Below are positions 1 to 10,653 of a DNA stretch of 64,000 nt, one piece after another. The stretch lies in the IMG/VR virus record IMGVR_UViG_3300012000_000005, positions 31,462 to 95,461 of that record; one strand, 5' to 3'. A program made the translations under genes and the position numbers. Position 1 is the first letter of the stretch. The number at the start of each line of letters is the position of its first letter. Source of the DNA: a virus. Under the pieces are notes generated by a model that saw nothing but the letters and a program-made list of their open reading frames with translations, did not search any database and was not told the origin of the DNA.

Positions 1-2
1 AA

Positions 3-176
3 GGTCCAACTGGTTCTCAAGGTATTCAGGGTGTAACAGGACCAACAGGAAGTCAGGGTTTACTAGGTCCAACAGGCCCTACAGGCACTACACTACTTAA
101 TGTAGATGGTGGCGGCCCTGCAACAAATTATGGCGGAGTTATAACCATCAACGGAGGAGACGTGAGCGGTAACTAA
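3..176 (+). CDS. 3' end of a collagen-like (Gly-X-Y) fibre protein, partial
   Basis: Frame 3 reads GPTGSQGIQGVTGPTGSQGLLGPTGPTG...VDGGGPATNYGG...INGGDVSGN*. Its TAA overlaps the next ATG (TAATG at 174-178). Confidence 0.8.
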   Translation, partial: GPTGSQGIQGVTGPTGSQGLLGPTGPTGTTLLNVDGGGPATNYGGVITINGGDVSGN

Positions 177-589
177 TGGCAATTAAATTACAATTACGTC
201 GTGGTACGGCGTCAGAATGGTCAACAACTAACCCTCTTCTTTCCGAAGGTGAACTAGGTCTTGAGCTTGACACTGGAAAGTTTAAAGTTGGCAATGGAAC
301 TCAAAACTGGAATGCGTTAGTATATGCATCTGGTATACAGGGACCTACAGGACCACAAGGACCAGCAGGCTCAAACGGCGCTGCAGGTGCAAACGGTTCT
401 GCGGGACCACAAGGACCAACAGGCTTGCGTGGACCAACAGGTGCACAAGGCCCCGCTGGAGACGGTGGAGTTGGTCAACTACTTGCTATGGATGCGCAGT
501 TAGAACTTGGAATATTCTTTCCGCGTTATTCACAGACACGTACTACTACTGTTGTACAAACCGTTATTCCACCAATTTCGCTTATCTAG
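176..589 (+). CDS. Short collagen-like fibre protein with an Mtd/hyaluronidase-type N-terminal attachment domain
   Basis: N-terminus [36 protein letters not shown] is the typical Mtd_N-like motif, followed by GXY repeats. Confidence 0.8.
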   Translation: MAIKLQLRRGTASEWSTTNPLLSEGELGLELDTGKFKVGNGTQNWNALVYASGIQGPTGPQGPAGSNGAAGANGSAGPQGPTGLRGPTGAQGPAGDGGVGQLLAMDAQLELGIFFPRYSQTRTTTVVQTVIPPISLI

Positions 590-603
590 GAAGGTAACAA
601 TTA

Positions 604-3600
604 ATGGCACGTAATATTGCGCCCGAGGATTATGTATTTAATCCGACTCTTAAGACTATTACTATTGAGCGCTACATCAAGAAAATTCACATCTTCCTTA
701 TTGTTAACGCAACAACTAATCAGATTCTTTTTAACTTTTCTGACCCAGATAAAAAAGCTACGGTCAGCTATATATATCCAGACACAAGCGTATCTAATCC
801 TTACGGAGAAACTAACTATAAAACTGTAATTCAGTTAGACGCAGCTATTAGCACAGCGGGTATGACCGCTAATGACACACTTCAAATTGTTGTTGATGAT
901 GAGCACCAGAAGGTCACATTTGATGACACCTTTATTGACGGAGCGCAGAAGCTTCGTACATCTAGCCCTCAGTCACTTATGGATACTGACTTTGAATACT
1001 CAGTACAGCCATCTAAATGGGAGGCGCTATTCCTTCACAACAACTACCCATCATTCTTCCCTAAAGGAACTGGTGGTAACTCCCTTGACATCGTGTCTAT
1101 GACTGGTAATGGAGTTAGACCACGTTCTACTATGACAGTTACAACTGCGCTTCCTCACGGTCTAACCCCAGGACAGGTAGTATCTGTTCAAGAAACTCTT
1201 AACTATCTTGCAGAGGGTACCTCTCTTGTAACTTCAGCGCCTACCCCTGAAACTTTTACATACACAGCTCGTGGAGTTGTTTCGGGAGACGTTCTTTCTG
1301 GAACGCTTACTAGCGTATACGGTGGAGACATTTTTGACGGCGCTCACATTCCTGGAGGTAACTTCCCAATTGGTGGAGTTAGCACTCTAAAAGATTGGAG
1401 AGCTACTACAGACGGTGCGGCACCAGTTTCAAAAGTAACAGTTCAATTTGAACAGCCACACGGTGTTTATCCAGGAGCACTTATTGTTGTTACTGGTACA
1501 AACAGCTTTGATGGTAACTGGTCAGTAAGCGAAGTTCCAACAACAAGAACATTATCCTTTCAATTAGACCGTCAGCAGTCTGCTGTGTCAGTTCCTAATA
1601 CAGCATTAATTCTTACAAAAGGCGACGGATATATCGTACACAGGCCATTTGATGGCGGAGTTTCTTTGACAACTGGTACTAATACAATGGGTAACCAAGT
1701 TATTCGTCAAACCCGCCGTTACTTCCGCTACCAGTCTGGTAAGGGCATTCAGTTCTCAACTGGTGCTCAATTAACTCCAGTATTTGACGTAGAGCAAATG
1801 TACTTAAATGGCGGAGCAATTGGACCAGCTATTGTTACAGTTAAGACTGTACAAGACCATGGTCTACAAGCTGGTGTAGGTATTCAGGTTGAAGGCGTTA
1901 TTACCCGTGGAGCTTATAATCCTTTTAATGGTGATAACTTTGTTGTTACTGAAATTATTGATGTTAACACATTTACCTATGCAGTAAATCTAACTCAAAC
2001 AGTTTCTTTAACTGACCAGAACCCAGCGGGTGTTAACGTATACGTACACGCTCGTACTTGGTACGGAGCTGTTACTCGCGCTGGTATGTTTGATGACCAA
2101 AATGGTTTCTTCTTTGAATATGACGGAACAAAAATGTATGCTTGCCGTCGTCACTCTGAAAAAGAAGCTATTGGACGTATTAACGTAACTAAAGACTCAA
2201 GTTTTGTTACTGGTTTATCTACTCAGTTCCGCAAACAGCTTGTAGTTGGTCAATCAATTGTTATTAAGGGCGCTACATATAGAGTTGTTCAAATTAACTC
2301 TGCAACATCCATGAATATTGCCCCTGCTTACAAAGGAACGTCTGGTCTTCGTACAAGATTTATGATTACACAGAACGAAAGAATTCCTCAAGAAGAGTGG
2401 AACATTGACCGTTTTGACGGTACAGGACCATCTGGTTACAAGATGGATATTGGCCGCATGCAGATGATTTATATCGACTATACCTGGTACGGTGCTGGAA
2501 CTATTCGTTGGGGTATGCGTGGCGTAAATGGAAAGATTGTTTGGTGCCATAGACTACCTATGAACAACGTCAATAACGCCGCCTATCAGCGTTCAGGTAA
2601 CTTGCCTGCACGTTATGAAGTATCTAACGACCCTGGTTATTTTTCACGTATGTTAGCTGGTGGCTCCGCTGGAGTTATTGGAACACAACTTGGGCCTGAT
2701 GACAATGTTCTGTGGGTAGAAAACACGGCAGATTGGCCAGCCGCTGGTTATGTTTGGGTTAGAGATGATACCAACTGCGAAATTATGCGCTACTCTTCAG
2801 TAGGAGCGTACGACCCAGTAAAGAAATGCGCACCTATCTTTATCGCAGAACGTAGAGCATCTGTTACACAAATTTATCCAGATATTCCATTTACTTTTTC
2901 TGGAACAAAGTCACGTGTAACATTTACCCCAGATTCCTCATTTACTGGTGTTGGAGGAAATCCTCAGGTAGCAGTTCAGTCAATTACTCAAAATTGCGCA
3001 CCTATCATTAGCCACTGGGGTTCCTCAGTTATTATGGACGGTAGGTTTGACGATGACTCAAGCTTTATCTTTACTGGTGGTATGACAAAGCTTCTTAGCG
3101 TAGCAGCAGGTGTTCAAAGACCTCTTATTGCTATTCGTTTGGCACCGACCGTAGATAACGCTATTGCACGTAACTATGGTATTAGAGAGTTAACTAACCG
3201 AATGCAATTAAAGTTAAACTCTATTGGTGTTACTACTAACGGACAGTTCCGTATAGATGGCTTACTAAACCCAAACAAACTCGAATACACTAGATGGACC
3301 GCGGCCCAGATGACTACAACTCGTTCGTCTGTAACTGGAGCATCTGGCGTTAACACTATTACTATTGCTGATACCTCAGGTACTAACGGTATTGTTCCTG
3401 GAATGTTGGTAACAGGAACTGGTATTGGTTCAGGAGCTACTATTGCTTCTGTAGCCGCAAACAGAGTAACTTTGTCGGTTGCAAACTCGGGAACTGTTTC
3501 TGGAACTATTACCTTTACGCCTCGTTCTGGTTTAGCTGGAATTCCAGATGATTGGGGTCGTGACCTCGTTGGTTCTGGTTCTTTGGCTCAGATTATCTAC

Positions 3601-3900
3601 TTTGATAACACTGGTCCTGGAGCTGGTAACGCCCAAACTGCCTCAGGCCTTGTCACGGGTGGAGACTCTGTAGCGTCTTTCTACTCAGAAAATGGCGCTG
3701 GTGGCACCAACTACAACATCTCTAACTATGACCTAAGTAAAATTAGGGACCTTGGTAACTCAATTCTTAGCGGAAATGGCAATGTATCTAGCCCATCATA
3801 CCCAAATGGCCCAGACCTACTTGTTATTGCCGCGACAAATATCGGTACCGCATCAGCCAATATTGCCGCTCGTATCTCATGGACTGAGGCTCAGGCATAA
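604..3900 (+). CDS. Large virion structural/fibre-associated protein (1098 aa)
   Basis: Beta-rich, with repeated 'TVTT..PHGL..GQ.V.V' modules and a lectin-like 'RQTRRYFRYQSGKG..DYTWYGAGTIRWG' segment; lies in the structural region. Confidence 0.65.
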   Translation: MARNIAPEDYVFNPTLKTITIERYIKKIHIFLIVNATTNQILFNFSDPDKKATVSYIYPDTSVSNPYGETNYKTVIQLDAAISTAGMTANDTLQIVVDDEHQKVTFDDTFIDGAQKLRTSSPQSLMDTDFEYSVQPSKWEALFLHNNYPSFFPKGTGGNSLDIVSMTGNGVRPRSTMTVTTALPHGLTPGQVVSVQETLNYLAEGTSLVTSAPTPETFTYTARGVVSGDVLSGTLTSVYGGDIFDGAHIPGGNFPIGGVSTLKDWRATTDGAAPVSKVTVQFEQPHGVYPGALIVVTGTNSFDGNWSVSEVPTTRTLSFQLDRQQSAVSVPNTALILTKGDGYIVHRPFDGGVSLTTGTNTMGNQVIRQTRRYFRYQSGKGIQFSTGAQLTPVFDVEQMYLNGGAIGPAIVTVKTVQDHGLQAGVGIQVEGVITRGAYNPFNGDNFVVTEIIDVNTFTYAVNLTQTVSLTDQNPAGVNVYVHARTWYGAVTRAGMFDDQNGFFFEYDGTKMYACRRHSEKEAIGRINVTKDSSFVTGLSTQFRKQLVVGQSIVIKGATYRVVQINSATSMNIAPAYKGTSGLRTRFMITQNERIPQEEWNIDRFDGTGPSGYKMDIGRMQMIYIDYTWYGAGTIRWGMRGVNGKIVWCHRLPMNNVNNAAYQRSGNLPARYEVSNDPGYFSRMLAGGSAGVIGTQLGPDDNVLWVENTADWPAAGYVWVRDDTNCEIMRYSSVGAYDPVKKCAPIFIAERRASVTQIYPDIPFTFSGTKSRVTFTPDSSFTGVGGNPQVAVQSITQNCAPIISHWGSSVIMDGRFDDDSSFIFTGGMTKLLSVAAGVQRPLIAIRLAPTVDNAIARNYGIRELTNRMQLKLNSIGVTTNGQFRIDGLLNPNKLEYTRWTAAQMTTTRSSVTGASGVNTITIADTSGTNGIVPGMLVTGTGIGSGATIASVAANRVTLSVANSGTVSGTITFTPRSGLAGIPDDWGRDLVGSGSLAQIIYFDNTGPGAGNAQTASGLVTGGDSVASFYSENGAGGTNYNISNYDLSKIRDLGNSILSGNGNVSSPSYPNGPDLLVIAATNIGTASANIAARISWTEAQA

Positions 3901-3974
3901 TGTCCACGGTTTACTATGGCAAGACATTTAAAAATGCTACACTTTTAATAACCTCGGAAGGTAGGTAATAACAC

Positions 3975-4313
3975 ATGCCCGATTACTCATCGCTGTCTAC
4001 GCAGATTACTGCTGTTAAGACAGAGATTACAGATAGTCTTGCAGCGAGCACATATACCGCACAGGACCTTGTGTTCGTCGCCAAGGCATTAGAAACCCTT
4101 GGCAGCCTGCTAGGGGTAAACGACATTGTTGCTGCAACCGCAGACCGCGTCACAGCAATTACAACTGCTGGTACCTCACAAGTTGCTGCTGTTAACTCAG
4201 CTGGCACTACACAGGTTTCTGCAGTTAACACTGCAGGAAATACAAAGATAGCTGCTATCCAAGCGGAGTCAGCTAACTTAACCAATCTAGCTTATATAGG
4301 AGTACTAGCATAA
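3975..4313 (+). CDS. Small helical virion protein with TAG(T/N) repeats
   Basis: ORF with an RBS-like GGAAGGTAGG upstream and A/T-rich internal repeats. Confidence 0.6.
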   Translation: MPDYSSLSTQITAVKTEITDSLAASTYTAQDLVFVAKALETLGSLLGVNDIVAATADRVTAITTAGTSQVAAVNSAGTTQVSAVNTAGNTKIAAIQAESANLTNLAYIGVLA

Positions 4314-4618
4314 TGCCAACTACAGTTACACGTTTTAGAGCAGGTACTGCTGGAACTACAGATGGCTCTGCCTACTCTGTTCCTGCAAGTAATACTGCAA
4401 TTATTACTAATGTAAATCTTTCAAACAAGACAGGTGCTACACGCACAGTCACCGTTACTGTTGGTGGCTTTTCGTACTGCACAGGTCTACAGGTACCGCC
4501 AAACGGTACTGTAAACTTCGATACTCGCACAGTGTTGAATGCCACAGAAACCATTACAGTTACGGCAGATGTTGCATCTGCAGTTGACTTTTTGATTTCT
4601 GGCGTTTTAATTTCTTAA
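4313..4618 (+). CDS. Small beta-sandwich virion protein
   Basis: Coupled start (TAATG); 'YSVPASNTAIITNVNLSN' pattern common in phage fibre-associated proteins. Confidence 0.6.
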   Translation: MPTTVTRFRAGTAGTTDGSAYSVPASNTAIITNVNLSNKTGATRTVTVTVGGFSYCTGLQVPPNGTVNFDTRTVLNATETITVTADVASAVDFLISGVLIS

Positions 4619-4644
4619 CAACCAGGTAAAGGACAGGTATATAA

Positions 4645-7600
4645 ATGGCTATTAGTTCAAGCAAAGAATTTATCGTATTTCCTAACGATAATTCTGGTCG
4701 CGTTTACGTTAAAGAGCAGGCCTTTACAGCCAGTGGTACCTGGACAGTTCCTGCTGGTGTAACAAGCGCTCAAATCATCCTCGTTGGTGGAGGTGGCGGC
4801 GGTGGAGGCGGAAGCCAAAACGTCGCGGGCGGCGGTGGCGGTGGCGGACAGGTAATTGTTCGTAACCTCGACGTTAATCCACTACAGACCTACACTGTAA
4901 CAATTGGTGCAGGTGGTCAGGGCGGTCTTGGCGCTCAGACTGGTGCAGCTGATGAAACAAGCACACTTCCAGGCGGTAACGGTACTCCTACCTCATTTGG
5001 AAACATTACAGTTGCAAACCTTTTGACAAATACAGACTTTGATTACAACATTCTTGGCTGGGAACCAGACATTACTTTCCGTTCTGCCACTGGTATTTCT
5101 GGTCAGTCTGGTATCACCGTATATCCTAATGCTGCTGGTATTTCAGTAGGTCAGATTGTATCTGGTGGTAACATTGCTGGTGGTGCGGTTGTTCAGTCTA
5201 TTACTGGAAACGTAGTAGCGCTATCTCTTGCTAACACAGGTACAGTGAGCGGTATTATTCGTTTTGACAACGATACTGTTCGTCTACGTCCATCTAACGT
5301 ATTCTTTAATAACATCTCAGGTGGCGGTGACACAACTAACCCACAGACATCAAATACCCCAGGTTCACCATATTTCCAGAACCTATCTAACAACATTTTG
5401 ATGCCTGAACTATCACAGCTTGAAGAAGCAGCCCTTATCACGAACAATAACATTCGTCAGTATGGAACTGCGCTTTCTACCTTTACCATTACCAACGCTG
5501 GTGTTCCTACCAAGTTGGCAGAAATGGCTGGCGGATACGCTAAGTTAGCAACGGGTGTATTAACTGCAACATCAATTACTTTGGATAGCACACTAAATGT
5601 TTATCCAGGTATGTCTATTTCAGGAAATGGTTTCCAAGCTGGAACTACTGTTCTTAGCGTAGATAGCAGCACAGCGATTACAATTTCTGCTGCACTTACA
5701 TCGCCATTAACTGCCAGTGCTTGTACTGTTTCTTACACAGGCGCTACTGGTGCTAACGCCCTTATTTGCGGTACTAGCTCCTCAACAGCGTCGGGTAACC
5801 CAACATGGGTTCAGTTCTCTAACATGAACTCAACCAGCACTTCAAACGGTCTTCAGACATCTGCAGGTTTCCAGGGAGTTCCATATATCCCAGGCACTAC
5901 CTACACAATGTCTGCTTATGTTTCTACAAACGTAAATATCAGCACCTCAACACCAATCCTATTCCAGATTCGTTCAGCGGGAGCTTCTCGTAACGCTATC
6001 TCCAGCACTTCATATCAGGGCGGCTCTAACTCAGCAACCACTGACTCTATTGATGCTGGTACCGCTAACGGTTTCTTTGTGCGTCAAGCAACTCCAGCAG
6101 CCTTGAGTGGGTACGGTGGTTCCTTCTCAACTACAGCTAACGCAGGCAACAACTCCACAACAATTACTGTTGCTGATGCAAGCGGTATTTTGCAGAGCAT
6201 GACCATCACAGGTTCAGGTATTCAGTCAAACACTACAGTATCTTCTATTGTGGGAAACACTGTTACTATAAGCCTTCCAACAAACGCTGTTATTACTAAC
6301 GGTGCTGTTTCATTCAACTCTGGAAACTCTCAGGTACTTGGTTCAAACGTTACTCCTAGCCAAACACCATGGCGCCGTATCTCAGCAACCTTTACCACAC
6401 CAACAATTGCAACCACACTTGCTAACAGCATTTATGCGTTTGGTTCAACACCTCAGTTTATTCACCCAGTAATCATGCTTCAGCAGGGTTCTGTAAACTA
6501 CTGGTTTGATAACATCCAGCTTGAAGTTGGTAATACAACTACAACTTGGCGTCCACCTGTATACCGTGAGGCACAAGCACTTGTTGCTATGTCTAACAAC
6601 GCACAGGGCGGAAACCTTGAGGCTTCACACCGATTTGTAAGGTCAGTAGCTGGTACTCAGTACTCAGGTTCTGCATTCGTTGTTGATATGGGTACAGCTA
6701 ACCAGTACCGTCCAGTGCGTGGATTTATCGAGTTTTTTGATAGAGACTACAACTCACTGCTTCGTACAGAAGGCAGCAACGTATTCTTGCCAATCTCTGG
6801 TGTTTCAGCGCTAACTCAGCAAATGCCTAACGTTACTTATCCAGTACGTGTAGGTGTGACAGCTACAGCTCCTGTTAACACTGCTTGGATGAAGTTTGGT
6901 GTCTTTAAGCTTAACGGCACTCAATCAGCTTCAGCTAACGCAATTGAACTTGCAATCATGGCTCCACAGCTTGAGGCTGCAGCAGTCCCAACTATTTACA
7001 AAGAAGCTGACGGCGTTAACTTTGTATACGCTGGACAAGCTGGTGTCACACCAATTGTTACAGCAGCAACCATCTCTGCAGAAGGTGGCGGAGGCGGCGG
7101 AACATATAACGCTAACTCACTAGTTTGGCAGTACGGTCTAGAAGGCGGCAACAACGGCGGTCACGCTGCACGTAACGCCCACACTTCTATGACTCTTGCT
7201 GGCGGTGGCGCTGGTTCAGGTTCTGCAGGTGGCAACGCGCTTTCATACATGCCTGGATTCTCAGGCGGTAACACCACTGGTGGTTCTAACATCACTACAG
7301 GTACAGCTCAGCAAACATGGCCACTTCGTGGAAACTACGGTGGTGGCGCATTCTGGCAGACTGGTACAGGCTCAGCTAACATCCCAGGTTGGGGTGGAGA
7401 CGGTGGTCTTGGACAGTTAATTAACAGTATTAACAGCGGTTCGCCTATTGGCCTCGCACTTGGTGGCGGTGGCGGTGGCGCTGGCTGGAGCTCTAACTCA
7501 CAATTCCAAACTTCTCCAGGTCGCGGAAACGGTGGCGGTGGTAAGGGTGCAGGTACTTGGATTCTTAACCAGTCTGCTGCAACTGCTGATTACTACGCAC

Positions 7601-8295
7601 GTGGCCTTGATGGTATTGCTAACACTGGCGGCGGAGGCGGCGGTGGAGGTTCAAACTGGTCCAACGACCCAGCTACCTTCATTAACCACGCAGCTGCAAA
7701 CGTTGCTGTTAACTATGAAGCGCTATCTGCTGAATACTTCAAGTGGACACCTATTTACAACGCAACAATCGTTATCTCAGGACAGGCTGGTTTCTACGGT
7801 TCAAACGTTCTACGTGTGACTATTCAAGATGTTGGTAATGCAAAAATTACTACCACATGGCAGTCATTCCCAATTCTTCCACGCATCCCACTATTCTTCT
7901 CAGGTGTGGCTGCACGTCTAACAACTGCTCCTGGTGGTGTGACATCTTCACAGTTCCCAGGTCTTGCTAAGCGCGTACGTCCAACAGTTCGTTGGAAGAA
8001 TGACCGTAACATTGTTCTTCGTGAAGACCGTCCAGATTTCAACATTGTATTTGCTGGTACTAACGCCATCACTTACCTTGGCGCAGCAGGTGCTACATCT
8101 GGTTCATGGTTAACTCTTCAGGCTCCAGCTGACGCATCATTCTTTGATGTATGCTGGGAATTCCTATACTTTGATGCTGGCGACATCGTTGATGTTGACC
8201 TTGGTGGATGCCAGTATCAGGGCTATAAGTCAGACGGCGGTAACGGTGCTGACGGTTATGCTCTAATCCGCTGGTTTGACAAAGCAGTTCTATAA
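4645..8295 (+). CDS. Glycine-rich receptor-binding/fibre protein with carbohydrate-binding-like modules (1216 aa)
   Basis: 'FTASGTWTVPAGVTS..IILVGGGGGGG' glycine-rich domain, split around CBM-like segments (GTTYTMSAYV, WFDNIQLEVG). Confidence 0.7.
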   Translation: MAISSSKEFIVFPNDNSGRVYVKEQAFTASGTWTVPAGVTSAQIILVGGGGGGGGGSQNVAGGGGGGGQVIVRNLDVNPLQTYTVTIGAGGQGGLGAQTGAADETSTLPGGNGTPTSFGNITVANLLTNTDFDYNILGWEPDITFRSATGISGQSGITVYPNAAGISVGQIVSGGNIAGGAVVQSITGNVVALSLANTGTVSGIIRFDNDTVRLRPSNVFFNNISGGGDTTNPQTSNTPGSPYFQNLSNNILMPELSQLEEAALITNNNIRQYGTALSTFTITNAGVPTKLAEMAGGYAKLATGVLTATSITLDSTLNVYPGMSISGNGFQAGTTVLSVDSSTAITISAALTSPLTASACTVSYTGATGANALICGTSSSTASGNPTWVQFSNMNSTSTSNGLQTSAGFQGVPYIPGTTYTMSAYVSTNVNISTSTPILFQIRSAGASRNAISSTSYQGGSNSATTDSIDAGTANGFFVRQATPAALSGYGGSFSTTANAGNNSTTITVADASGILQSMTITGSGIQSNTTVSSIVGNTVTISLPTNAVITNGAVSFNSGNSQVLGSNVTPSQTPWRRISATFTTPTIATTLANSIYAFGSTPQFIHPVIMLQQGSVNYWFDNIQLEVGNTTTTWRPPVYREAQALVAMSNNAQGGNLEASHRFVRSVAGTQYSGSAFVVDMGTANQYRPVRGFIEFFDRDYNSLLRTEGSNVFLPISGVSALTQQMPNVTYPVRVGVTATAPVNTAWMKFGVFKLNGTQSASANAIELAIMAPQLEAAAVPTIYKEADGVNFVYAGQAGVTPIVTAATISAEGGGGGGTYNANSLVWQYGLEGGNNGGHAARNAHTSMTLAGGGAGSGSAGGNALSYMPGFSGGNTTGGSNITTGTAQQTWPLRGNYGGGAFWQTGTGSANIPGWGGDGGLGQLINSINSGSPIGLALGGGGGGAGWSSNSQFQTSPGRGNGGGGKGAGTWILNQSAATADYYARGLDGIANTGGGGGGGGSNWSNDPATFINHAAANVAVNYEALSAEYFKWTPIYNATIVISGQAGFYGSNVLRVTIQDVGNAKITTTWQSFPILPRIPLFFSGVAARLTTAPGGVTSSQFPGLAKRVRPTVRWKNDRNIVLREDRPDFNIVFAGTNAITYLGAAGATSGSWLTLQAPADASFFDVCWEFLYFDAGDIVDVDLGGCQYQGYKSDGGNGADGYALIRWFDKAVL

Positions 8296-8305
8296 GGAGT
8301 AACTA

Positions 8306-8611
8306 ATGGCTAAATATGCACTGATTGACGGAACACTTGTAAACTCTGTAGTTGTAGCCGACTCCGAGGAAGGTCTCGGAGTTATGGCTTCACTATTTGA
8401 GGTTATAGATGTTACGGCATTAGTTCCACAGCCTTCAAAGGGCTGGGCATACGAAGGTGGGATTTTTTATCCTCCTAAGTTGACAGACGCCGCTAAAGCA
8501 CTGTGGGATGGAAAAACATTCACAGACCCTAATATTATCGATGCAGAGGTTGTAGAAGAAACCCCTGCTATCGAAGAAACACCTGCAACTTCTAGTAGAA
8601 AGAGAAAGTAA
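8306..8611 (+). CDS. Fibre-associated small protein (possible assembly chaperone)
   Basis: 'MAKYALID..VNSVVV...GWAYEGGIFYPP' motif typical of ORFs that follow glycine-rich fibres; RBS AAGGAG. Confidence 0.55.
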   Translation: MAKYALIDGTLVNSVVVADSEEGLGVMASLFEVIDVTALVPQPSKGWAYEGGIFYPPKLTDAAKALWDGKTFTDPNIIDAEVVEETPAIEETPATSSRKRK

Positions 8612-8995
8612 ATGGCAATATCATCATCGCCTACGGTGTTGACCCAGTCTAACGACGCCTACATCAACGCTGGACATACTGGACGTTTGCAGACCTTTTC
8701 TGCATCAACTGGTGCAGTAAGTATCAACGTAACTAACGGACCTTTTGTCCGTATTGCAAACCCTGTCGGTGCGGTTACCGTAACCTTTGTTGGTATTCCA
8801 ACTGGTTATGGAAACCTGTGGCAGGTAGAAGTTGCTAGCCGTGGAGCTAATGCTGTTGCATTTAACAACATCATTTGGGACGGTGGCTCAGCCCCAACTT
8901 TAGCTTCAGGTACTAATAAGACTGTTCTTGAGTTCTACTCATGGGACGGCGGTACCCAAATCTTCGGTCGCGTTAAGTTTGCAACCCTAGCTTAA
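8612..8995 (+). CDS. Virion fibre-tip-like beta protein
   Basis: C-terminal 'IIWDGGSAPTLASG..VLEFYSWDGGT..G' resembles phage fibre C-terminal domains. Confidence 0.55.
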   Translation: MAISSSPTVLTQSNDAYINAGHTGRLQTFSASTGAVSINVTNGPFVRIANPVGAVTVTFVGIPTGYGNLWQVEVASRGANAVAFNNIIWDGGSAPTLASGTNKTVLEFYSWDGGTQIFGRVKFATLA

Positions 8996-9007
8996 TTTAT
9001 AGAAATA

Positions 9008-9045
9008 GCTCCCCGCCGTCCCCAGGGACTGGCGGGGCTTTTCTA
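9008..9045 (+). terminator. Rho-independent terminator
   Basis: GC-rich hairpin CCCCGCC..GTCCC/GGGAC..GGCGGGG followed by CTTTTCT. Confidence 0.75.
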
Positions 9046-9053
9046 TTTAAAGG

Positions 9054-9068
9054 TACAATTAATTTATG
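9054..9068 (+). promoter_or_regulatory. -10 element (TACAAT) 6 nt before ATG; leaderless promoter
   Basis: TACAAT-taattt-ATG with no Shine-Dalgarno (SD) sequence; the same geometry occurs at 7 other genes. Confidence 0.65.
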
Positions 9069-10124
9069 AAAATAGCCGTATACACCATCGCATTAAATGA
9101 AGAACAGTTTGTAGAACGCTGGTATAAATCAGCTAAGGATGCTGACTATCTCATGATTGCTGACACAGGCTCTGTTGATGAGACTGTAAGTAAGGCTGAA
9201 GCCCTAGGAATTGTGTGCCACAAAATTAGCATACGTCCGTGGCGCTTTGATGACGCCCGCAATGCTGCCCTTGCTTTATTACCTGACAACATTGACTATT
9301 GCATATCTTTAGATATGGACGAGTTGCTGGCACCAGGTTGGAGAAAGGAAATGGAAAAAGTTCCAAAAGGCTCTACACGTATACGCTACGACTACACCTG
9401 GAACTTTAACGACGACGGCACCCCAGGCTTAACATTTGGCGGAGATAAGATTCATGCACGTCACGGTTATCGTTGGGTTCATCCTGTTCATGAGTGCTTG
9501 TATACAGACCGTATAGAAGAAAAAGAATACTGGTCTAAGTTAGGACTGTGGCACAAAGCTGATAACTCTAAATCCCGTGGGCAGTACCTACCTCTTCTTA
9601 AACTGTCAATAGAAGAAGACCCAGATAATGACCGTAACGCCTACTACTACGCTCGAGAGTTATTCTTTCACGGACAGTACGAAGAAGCTAAGGTTCAGTT
9701 TGAACGTCACCTTTCCCTGCCAAAAGCTATATGGAAAGCTGAACGCGCATCGTCTATGCGCTACATAGCCAAGTGTTCTACAGACGAGGCAGAAAAAATT
9801 AAATGGTGGAAATTAGCAACTCAAGAAGCACCTGGTAGAAGAGAGGGGTATGTTGAGTGGGCTAACTACCACTACGACAAAGGTAACTTTACAGAGTGTC
9901 TACATCTGTGCAAAAAAGCACTTAATATTAAAGAACGAGATATGGACTATTTAAATGAAGCATTTGCTTGGGGCCCTTTGCCTTACGACTTAGCCGCTGT
10001 ATGTTCCTTTTGGCTTGGTGAAAAAGAAAAAGCGGTTGAATATGCGGAGAAGGCGGTAGAGCTAGACCCGACAAATGAGAGATTAAAGAGTAACCTAGAA
10101 CTTTGTAGGAAGGAGATTGCCTAA
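9066..10124 (+). CDS. GT2-family glycosyltransferase with C-terminal TPR repeats
   Basis: IAVYTIALNEE, ADTGSVD, FDDARNAAL, SLDMDE (DxD) and VHE motifs; TPR-like helices. Confidence 0.85.
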   Translation: MKIAVYTIALNEEQFVERWYKSAKDADYLMIADTGSVDETVSKAEALGIVCHKISIRPWRFDDARNAALALLPDNIDYCISLDMDELLAPGWRKEMEKVPKGSTRIRYDYTWNFNDDGTPGLTFGGDKIHARHGYRWVHPVHECLYTDRIEEKEYWSKLGLWHKADNSKSRGQYLPLLKLSIEEDPDNDRNAYYYARELFFHGQYEEAKVQFERHLSLPKAIWKAERASSMRYIAKCSTDEAEKIKWWKLATQEAPGRREGYVEWANYHYDKGNFTECLHLCKKALNIKERDMDYLNEAFAWGPLPYDLAAVCSFWLGEKEKAVEYAEKAVELDPTNERLKSNLELCRKEIA

Positions 10125-10645
10125 TGAGAGGTCACACCCCAGGCGGTCGTTTTGACGCTGACTTTGAAACCACCGACCTATTAAAAGGTGTAGACCACGA
10201 CCTCAAGTACCCAGTGGGTACAAAGGCTCTCTGGTATGTGTGGAACCCTGCGGCAACTGTAGTTGACCCTATCTACGACACTGGTCAAGATATAACCAAT
10301 AACCTTGGTGGCAAAAGGTGGCTTGGTCCTTATGAACTTCCTGTAGTTAGAGCAGTTATCACTCAAGGTCAAGCTAAGACTTCGGCGGTCGGTTACTACA
10401 ACGCGGATGAGCTTCACCTTACTCTTAACATTGAAGACGTTGAAAGAATTGCTCCTGGTGTTATTGCAAACCCAGATAGGCAAAACCGCGGTCGTCTAAT
10501 CTGGAAGAACCAGGTATATCGTCCATATGCTGTTCAAGAACGCGGCATTGTTGCTGAAAGATTCACCCTACTGGTAGTAGACTGTATACAGGTCATGCCA
10601 GAAGAAATGGTTAATGACCCACAATTTTTAGCGTACGCTAACTAG
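10124..10645 (+). CDS. Putative head-closure/neck protein
   Basis: Position upstream of the tail terminator and sheath; beta-rich, with 'DPIYD' and 'RLIWKNQVYRP' patterns. Confidence 0.45.
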   Translation: MRGHTPGGRFDADFETTDLLKGVDHDLKYPVGTKALWYVWNPAATVVDPIYDTGQDITNNLGGKRWLGPYELPVVRAVITQGQAKTSAVGYYNADELHLTLNIEDVERIAPGVIANPDRQNRGRLIWKNQVYRPYAVQERGIVAERFTLLVVDCIQVMPEEMVNDPQFLAYAN

Positions 10646-10653
10646 GAGGCAAC

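Noticed and set aside
176-589. Diversity-generating retroelement (Mtd-like N-terminus)
   Set aside because: Only the attachment domain is present; no reverse transcriptase or TR/VR pair seen.
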